Source: the human T2T-CHM13v2.0 reference genome, Homo sapiens
Length of the DNA: 64,000 nt
NCBI RefSeq assembly: GCF_009914755.1
Contig: NC_060947.1
Strand: one strand, 5' to 3'
The position numbers and the translations under genes were made by a program. Position 1 is the first letter of the stretch. Each line of letters starts with the position of its first letter. Below the pieces are notes generated by a model, which saw only the letters and a list, made by a program, of their open reading frames with translations, was not told the DNA's origin and did not search any database. This document shows, piece after piece, positions 55,001 to 64,000 of this stretch.

Positions 55001-55658
55001 CAGCAAGTTATCATCACCTCTTTTCTTTTTTGTCTGCATACTTTCCATGCATTAAGGCAAAAAGGTCATCAACATATCCCTAACCACACTCTAAAAAAAT
55101 AATAATTAAATGTCACTAATCACAATGCAATAAAATTATATATTTTCAACATAGGACAAACAATTAAAAATATAAACCCTCTGTATTGAGAATTAAATAG
55201 CATTCCTCCAGATAAATGATTAGGCTCATAATTAAAGCAAAACTTTAATTAGAATTTTAATCAATTAGAAACAAGCATTAAAGACAAATTCATATAGGAA
55301 CCTCTAAGGAATGGCTAAAGTAGTGTTCTGAGTAAAAGCTCCATACTAGAAACATTTATTTGGCATCAAGAAAGAATACAAATCCAATGAATTATGCATT
55401 GAACTTGGGAAACTAGAAATAAGTAAAGCAAAAAGAAAGCCAAAGAAAGTAAAAGGAGGGACTAATAAAAACACAAAAAGAAAATGAGAACATGGTTGTT
55501 AAAAGATTTGGCAAAAGGATTTAATTTCTCCCTCAAAGCAACACTAATTAATCCTGCTAGAATTGCATTTTCATTCTGCCATAATAGCTGGATCTGCATG
55601 AGTTACAGTGAAAATGTTTTTGTTGTTGATGTAGGATAGAAATCAAGATCAAATCCAG

Positions 55659-55844
<186 letters not shown>

Positions 55845-56734
55845 TTAGTTAGGGTTAGAGTCAGGGAAGGCTTTTTTGGGCTTAAATTTTGGCTTCACCA
55901 ATCATGAGATACAGACATTATTTACTATTCCTGGGTCTTTGTTGACAAACAGAAAGTTCAGGTATATTGTGTCCATAGGTCAGCTGATGCATAAGAGAGG
56001 TTGATGAAGGTGAAATACTAGTATACCAAGATTAAGAAAATAATATTCTTTAATTATATATATATATATCACATTTTTAAGAGGTCCTCAGGGTATTAAC
56101 TACCCAAATAAAGGTGATTTCCATCAAGGGCTAGAAATCTGTCTGGCTGAATGGCATGCAGTAAATCAAATATCAGAGTAGGAAAAATGGAATTTATACA
56201 GCCTGGGGAAGGAACTTAGCAGTCATTTAAAGGGGAACATAAAGTGTGTGGTGAATGCTGCTCTATGTTTTTACTGTGGGAATTCATAAAAGGAAGCAGG
56301 CTTAAAATATTACCTCCCGGAGGCTATAACCTCCAGCTCAGATGTAAAGGAAAAGAGCATTTTCTCTCCTCCCGTGAGTCCCGTAGTGGTGCCAATACAC
56401 ATCTCAAGCTTGTAGGTGGCCATAATATGTGAATTAAATGGTCTCTTCCTGATGTTTGCCTTTGGTGTGGTCACGTGAACATGGTATCTTGGGAAACAAG
56501 TTCCATAAATAAGCGACGTTTGGGTTTTGGTTAGGGTAGGATTTTTGTGCTTAAATTCTGGCTCAATCATTTTGTTCATATGCTTCAAATATTTCACTAT
56601 TTTGTTCGTATACTTCCAAAAGGATTTGAAGTAACTTATTACAAATTGCAAATTAGAAATGGACTGATATTGTTAAATGTGAATGGAAGAATGAATACTG
56701 TCTAAATAGTTAAATAACTCTAACTAATATGTAC

Positions 56735-57677
56735 TATGATGGTTAATTTTGTATGTCCACTTGACCAGATTAAGGGATGCTCAAATAGCTGGGGAAACAT
56801 GATTTCTGTGTGTGTCTGTGAGTATGTTTCTGGAAGAGATTAGCATTTCAATCAGTAGACTAAGTGAAGGTCTGCCTTCACCAACGTGGGTAGATGGGTA
56901 TTGTCCAATCAGCCAAAGGCCCAAATAGAACAAAAAGGTGGAGAAAGGAAAAATTTACTCCTAGCTTGAGCTGAGATATCCATCTTCTCCTGCCTTTGGA
57001 CATCAAACCCCTCTGTTTTCAGGTCTTCAGACTTGCGCTGTAACTACACCACCTGCTTTCCTGGGTCTCTGGCTTACAGACAGCAGACTGTGGGACTTCT
57101 CAGCTTCTCAAACCACATGAGTCAATCCCTCATAACGAATATCTTTCTTTTTAAAATTATTTATTTGTATGAATTTAAGGGGTACAAATACAATTTGTTA
57201 CAGGCATAGACTACACAGTGATCAAGTCAGGGCTTTTAGGATATTCATTACCCAACAAGTAATTTCTCATCCTCTACTGCCCTCCTACCATCCCACCCTT
57301 CCAAGTCTACAGTGTCTATTATTCTACTCTCTATATCCATGTGTACAAATTTTTTAGCACCCACTTGTGAGTGAGAACATGTGGTATTTATGTTTCTGTG
57401 TATGGCTTATTTTACTTAAGATAATGGCCTCCAGTGCCATCCATGTTGCTACAAAAGACACGGTTTCATTCTTTTTTATGACTAAATAGTGTTTCATTGT
57501 GTGTATGTGCCACATTTTCTTTATCCAGTTCTCTATTGATGGATACTGAGGTGGATTCCATTTCTTTGCTATTGTGAATGGTACTGCAATAAACTGTTAA
57601 GTGCAGGTATCTTTTTGATATGTTTATCTTTATATATTCTGTTGGTTCTATTGCCCTAGAGAATCCTGACTAATACA
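56735..57677 (+). mobile_element. MLT2 (ERVL) solo LTR split by an L1PB
   Basis: tatgatggttaattttgtatgtccacttgac...tttctggaagagattagcattt... and end ttggttctattgccctagagaatcctgactaataca; TSD tgta(c/t). Confidence 0.85.
57146..57620 (-). mobile_element. L1PB-type 3' fragment
   Basis: ttaaggggtacaaatacaatttgttac...gtcagggcttttagg...ataatggcctccagtgccatccatgttgct. Confidence 0.8.
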
Positions 57678-58662
57678 TGTATCTAAGTCATTTGGGCTTA
57701 TTTCTTTTTTTAAAAGAAAAAAGTTGTATTTTTATCAAAAGCAAATTTTACAAACCCAGCCTATGCTTAAAGAAAAAGATCATGAACAATGATCACAATT
57801 GGAAACCTTTTACTAGGCTTTTCCTGGGATGATGCAGCAGGCATACTGTCCACCTCAAGGCACTTGACTATAGTGAGAGCCATGGCCATTGGAAAATTGT
57901 CTTTGCAAAGTGATGTTTATGTTTGCAGATTGAAATCCACTCTGGCTTCTGCTCTCTGGTTCTCAGGCACTCTCAGCTGCAACTTGGTCTGTGGCTCACT
58001 GCTGTCTCTGAGTCCTGCAAGGCTGCTGGGCCAGTTTGATGTCTACAGGGGGTCTAGGAGGCTGCTGGGTACTAAAGACCAGGTGGGAGGGAGTCTTGGG
58101 TTCAGAGCTCACTGCCCCTTTATTGCAGGAACTGCACTGAAGAGTTCAGAAGTGTTAGGGGCTGATGCTCCTTGAGGATAATTTTGAAAATACGGGGGTT
58201 TCTGACAATAATAACTTATTCTCTGCTTTTCCCCTTGAGAGAGTCTTTGGTAGCCAGGGCTTCATGAAACCTCTATGAAGAGACTGTGCTCTCAGCTTGT
58301 CCTGAAGGTGTGGCCAGCTGGGTAATTTGCACACTGAGATTCACCTCTCTCTCCCCATTGTACTTCATTTGCCCCTCACTTTTCTTCCCTGGAATTGCAT
58401 TTGCTGAAAATGTGTTCGTACACAAGTTTTATTGCCTCAAATTCTGTTTCCTATAAGCCTAGGCAAAGATGAAGTTCTTTTGTATTTTTTAATAAAAATG
58501 TAAAATTTTAATAATAAACCTATAAAACATAAGCAAATTGAAGAAAAATGCATAATTACATATATACATACGCATACATACATTATTTTATATTTATATT
58601 TATATATATGGTATGTACACTAACCTCATGTGCAATAAAACCAACTAAAATAGAAGAATCCA

Positions 58663-59293
<631 letters not shown>

Positions 59294-59869
59294 ACAAGAA
59301 TCCTTATGTCCAGATTGCTCAGGAGAAGATACAATTAAAATAACCTTTCATATTAAAATTTGGGTTCTTCCAAAAGGCAAAGATCAAGCTTTAATTTTTT
59401 TTCTTTGTATGTAGATGAATCTGTGATCCTCAGTGGGAAAAATTGAGAGTTTCAACATGAAGTGTTTTTATTTTTCCTCTGAAACTTGCTTTTTACTTAG
59501 AAAAGAAGAAGTCAAAACTTCATAACCATACGATGAGAAAAACAAAGACAACTGCTAACGATTGTTTATCTACTTTCTGTTAAGTCAGCTATTTTCCTAG
59601 CCTTATGAAGGGTAATTTTTATTTCTGAATAACATTCCCATGACTTTGTATCAAAAGCCCCCAGATTATGCAAGCACTTATGTTTCTTGGCCTCATTTTT
59701 TGTAAACTATTGGAAAGAGATGGCCACTTCTAAAACTTGTCGGGGCATATCATTTAAGGCTATTTGTTTACTGTGGTTTTAAAAAATAAAACTCAAGAAA
59801 AATGTAAAGCTTCTAAATTTGGTGTATTAAGACACAACTAGTTTTATATTAAAGTTATCAATAAAGAAA

Positions 59870-60830
59870 TTAAAATGGATTTCAATTAAAATGTAACTAC
59901 ACTCATTAGAGTGACTATAATCAATGATAGAAAGTGAGTATTGACTAGAATGTGTAGAAATTGGAATACTCGTATATGGATGAAATGGTTCAACTGCTAT
60001 GGAAGACAACATAGAAGTTCCTCAAGAAGTTAAACATGACATGACCATACGATCAACTCAGATAATCCTGAGCCATCTACAAGTAGCAGAAAAGTAAAAG
60101 GAAAAGCAAATGCAAGAAAGTCTCAGTGAATAATAAAGTTGCTACTTTTAAGTTAGCAAGAACTTCCTGATAGAAGTTAGTAGAGTACTATTTAGGGATA
60201 AAATCACATATAGAAAGAATGTTTCCTAGTTCCTAGTTTCTACTCCCAGGAAGGCATGGGCTTGGCTGTCAACCATGATGAAAGAAAATCTAGACTTCAC
60301 TTTCAGAGCTGGAACGTAAATGAATAGCTAGTGATGGCCGAATAAATGATTAAGCAATCCTACTCATAAGTATATACCCAGAAGAATTAAAAACAGGGAC
60401 GCAGACAGCTCCCTGCGCACATACACTCATGGCATCATTGTTCATAATAGTCAAGAGATGCAATCAAGCCAACGTCCTTCAACAGATGAGTGGATAAGCA
60501 AAATGTTGCATATGCATAAAACAGAATAGTATTCAGCCCTAAATAGTCATAAAGTACTGATGCATGTCAAATGTGTATGAACCTCAAATACATCATGCCA
60601 AGTGAAAGAAGCCAGATACAAAAGACCTCATAATGTATAATTGTTTGTAGAAAGTATCCAAAATAAGTCAATCCATAGAGACAGAAAGTAGATTATAATT
60701 GTCAGGGGCTGGGAGGAGGAGAAAGGACTAGGAATTGAATGCTAACGGCTATGAAATTCATTCTGGAGTGCCACAAATGTTGTGGAACTAGAGAGAGGTG
60801 ATTGTTGTATACCATTGGGAGTGTATTAAA
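59870..60830 (+). mobile_element. L1MB-type 3' fragment interrupted at 60055-60352
   Basis: gttcctcaagaagttaaac...ccatacgatc | agcaatcctactcataagtatatacccc; aacagatgagtggataagcaaaatg; agtgaaagaagccagatacaaaagacc; tccatagagacagaaagtaga. Confidence 0.8.
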
Positions 60831-61226
60831 AGATAGTTCTAAAATATGTAACGCAAAACTCCTTTCATTATTTTCTACTCTGTCTCCCTTTTCCCAATAG
60901 GGCTGTATAAGTAAAGAATATGCAAGGCAGAGCAGTAAACTCAGAAAACATTGAAACATCTATAACTAGCATGAAAATAAAATAAAAAGCAAACACAAGA
61001 AAATGTTGGTGAATAACAAAGTTGCTGCTTTTAAGTTAGTGGGATTTCCCTGATAGAGGTCAGTAAACTATTATTTGGGGATAAAATCACATACAGCTCA
61101 GAAAGAAGTGTTTCCTAGTTCTCCCAGGAAGGCGTAGGCATGGCTGTCAGCTATGATGAAAGAGAATTCCAGATTTTGCTTTCACAGCTGAAACGTAGAT
61201 AAATAGCCAGTGATGGCCGTATAAAT
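60055..61226 (+). repeat. Dispersed direct repeat of ~290 bp (60055-60347 and 60938-61226)
   Basis: Both start aactcag and share aaagttgct-cttttaagttag, gggataaaatcacata, ctcccaggaaggc, atgatgaaaga and agtgatggccg-ataaat. Confidence 0.9.
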
Positions 61227-62634
61227 AAGAAGCCAGTACCTCCAGAGAAACACACACCCAGACAGGCCATTACGATTCACCCCATGGTTCTCATTTTGCT
61301 GTTTGGACAGAGTCTCTACATGAAAGGCTTGTGTAAAAAGCTATTGATATTGCCACCACGGCAGGGCAGCCCACCTGCCCATCTCGTCTTATGCATCACC
61401 ACTGTGAGGACTCTGATGTGAATTCCAATCAAATTCATGATGGAAAATCACTCAGGGCTGGGGATTTTCCCGTGCTTGATATTAACCCAATAACACCATA
61501 ACCTGTCACTGCAATGAATCATTGACAAATTACCCAGCATGTGCTGTTGCTTTCTTCCAAACTTGTTTTATAAATAGCAGATGGAAATGCTTAGTGGGTT
61601 CTCACTGGATACGTTGTCTCTGTGCAGTTGACTACGTCTGAAGTCTTTACACAGAGGGTTGTGCTCTGGGAAACTGGTAACCCGACGCGATCCCAGAGGG
61701 GAAAATGAAGGTACAGCAGCCCTAAAATTACAGATACAGTTCGAAGAAAGAGATTTCTTTTCCTTTAGAAAACACTTGATTTCAGAGCATGCATCCATTT
61801 CCAGTCTAACCCAATTCATCAGAAAAAATAGCTCTCTGAATATATTTCTGACTATTTCAATGTGGATTCCTTCTATTGTTAAGAAGATATAATGGTAAGT
61901 TTGTTTAATATTCATATATTAAGTTTTTCAAGAAGGACAAAAAAGATGAATATGTTGAAACATATAAAATATCTATTTTGCTCTTCCAGAAATATTCCCT
62001 AGGAATCAGAAAAATGTCTTTTCTTTTATTCACTGTATTTTCTATTCTCACAAGTGCAGCATATGTAGAATGTGGTGGTGGTGGTGGTTTGGTTATAATC
62101 TCTAGGGAGAGACTTCACAATGTCCCATTAAGCTCCCAGAGGCTAAGGTTACCTGGTTAAGAGGCAAAATGAAAGATGAGAGTAAAATCTGCCTGTAATC
62201 CAGTTTTGTAAACAACTTAATTGAGGTAACCATGATAACACGTGAAGTTTGTTTTTCTAGGTCTGAGTTTCTGTCCACCTGAAGTTTCAAAGCTAGATGT
62301 TGTTAACATAGTAAATTAAGCAGAATCGGAAAACAGTTGCCATAGTATGGCATGGGTGGACACTTTCATGAGCTGATAACTTGATTCGAATATGTAAGCA
62401 TGTTAAAAGTCTGTTTTCCACATAATAACTGAATCTTTCACATAACCTGGATGAAATGAGATATACTAAATACATCAATAAACATCAACAGCTTATTTAC
62501 AAAACAGTCAGCTGCACTGCAGCAGGGATTCCTTTCCTTAAGATTAATTTTCTTCTGCTTTGTTTTCAATCTCCTTTCTTGGTGACTTATCTCTTCCATG
62601 GAGTTGCTGAAAAGATTTTTATTTACGTATGTAT

Positions 62635-63160
62635 TTATTTTTTTTCAACTTTTATTTTAGTTTCAAGAAATGCATGTGCAGGTTTGTTACCTGAGTATAT
62701 AGCATAACACTGAGGTTTGAGGTAGGGATCCAGGTAGTAAACATAGCACCAAATAGGTAGTTTTTGAGTCCTTGCCCCCATCCCTCCCACCACCCTCTAG
62801 TATTCCCCAGTATCTATTGTTCCTATCTTTATGTCCACGAGTACCCAATTTTTAGTTCCTACCTATAAACAAGAACATTCAGGTTATGTTTTTTTTTTCA
62901 TAAACGAGAACATTTGGTTTTCTGTTCCTGCATTAATTCACTTGGGATAATGGCCTCCAACTCTATCCATATTGCTGCAAAAGATGTGATTTTATTCTTT
63001 TTCTTGACTGTGCAGTATTCCATGGTGTATATATACCACATTTTCTTTATCCAGTCCACCACTGATGGGCACCTACGCTTATTCCATGTCTTCGCCATTG
63101 TGAATAATGCTGTGATGGCCATGCACTTGCATGTGTCTTTTTGGAAGAATGATTTGTTTT
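62635..63160 (-). mobile_element. L1PA15/16-type 3' fragment
   Basis: caacttttattttag...catgtgcaggtttgttac; minus ORF 62898-63122 (ALFTMAKTWNKRRCPSVVDWIKKMWYIYTMEY) resembles the L1 ORF2p C-terminus. Confidence 0.85.
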
Positions 63161-64000
63161 CTTGAAAAGGTTTTGAATGATGAAAATGGACCCAGTATAC
63201 CTCTGGAAATTCAGAGCCTCCTAAACCACTCCATTCATCCCACCTGCCTTACAAAACCTTCGAAGTTGCTAATAGTTAGAAATCAAAAGAGAAACTTTTG
63301 CTGCTTCTATTTTAGAATTAGGAATGGAAAAGAAAGTTTGTAAGTATCCCAGGGCACTGGATCTCAGAGTGGCAGCATGTTAATAGCCCAAAAGTCTTGT
63401 AGAGAATTAATAAATGTAATAAATATTATTGGTCTATTGCATATATTCTTGCCATTGGAAAACAAAAACCTGCAGCCAGATCCTTACAATGTATTATTTG
63501 ATAATTTGAAGCCAACATTCGTTGTTACCTGCCTCATGCAGCTGGCTGTGTGGAGAAGTTTTTTAGCTTTCCAGCCACATTCAGCTGTCAGGGGCAGTGT
63601 GAGAGCCAGCAGGGAGTTCACTGTAAGCCCTGCAAGGTTTTTCCAGGTTAGTGCCACGGAGAGGGAGAAACGCGCGAGAGAGATTGAAATAAATTACTAC
63701 GGAGCCTACACCAGGGATGTACAAAGTGAAAAAATGAGGCACGTGGGGGAATTATGAAAAGAAGGAGAAGGCAGTGCAGTGGCCCAGGTTGGGAATACAT
63801 CATTCAAATCTTGGACTCTTGTTGCTAGAAGGGGGATGAGCAGAAAGAGAAGCAGGTGATAGCCGGAGAACTGGTGGTGAAATGGAAATGATGGATGGGG
63901 GAAAATGACTGTAAGAACAATTTTTAAAAATAAGTTGCAGAATCTTCTCTCTGTTCCTTTGACAACATCAAGCCACTTTCTGAGGAAGAGCCATTGTAGA

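Noticed and set aside
57789-58175. 128-aa ORF
   Set aside because: No recognisable homology; lies beside what looks like decayed LTR sequence
63377-63757. 126-aa ORF in unique sequence
   Set aside because: No recognisable domain, promoter or splice structure; length is compatible with chance

Overview
Primate (Alu-rich, includes a young AluY, so most likely human/great ape) AT-rich, non-coding genomic DNA, either intergenic or deep intronic. No protein-coding gene, tRNA, rRNA or CRISPR array can be supported. The longest ORFs in the track fall in retroelements or simple repeats, and none of the remaining ORFs resembles a protein I recognise. The window is a mosaic of Alus, old L1 fragments, solo LTRs (THE1D, MLT1, MLT2, MER4A, MER50, MER57, MER61-like), DNA-transposon relics (Charlie1a, Tigger3b, MER6, MER53) and long degenerate simple repeats. 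Repeat family names come from recalled consensus sequences, not a database search, so subfamily calls need RepeatMasker/Dfam confirmation. I found no evidence for a new multi-gene system. The most notable signals are: a perfect 9-unit heat-shock element (47676-47720); a ~337-bp near-perfect AT-rich palindrome (51153-51489); a ~165-bp tandem repeat with dimeric ABAB structure (12774-13417); an old ~290-bp copy of nearby DNA inserted inside an L1 (60055-60347); and several atypical retrotransposition products (tailless Alus with TSD-like flanks, a trimeric Alu, a twin-primed L1, an AluYd-type element).
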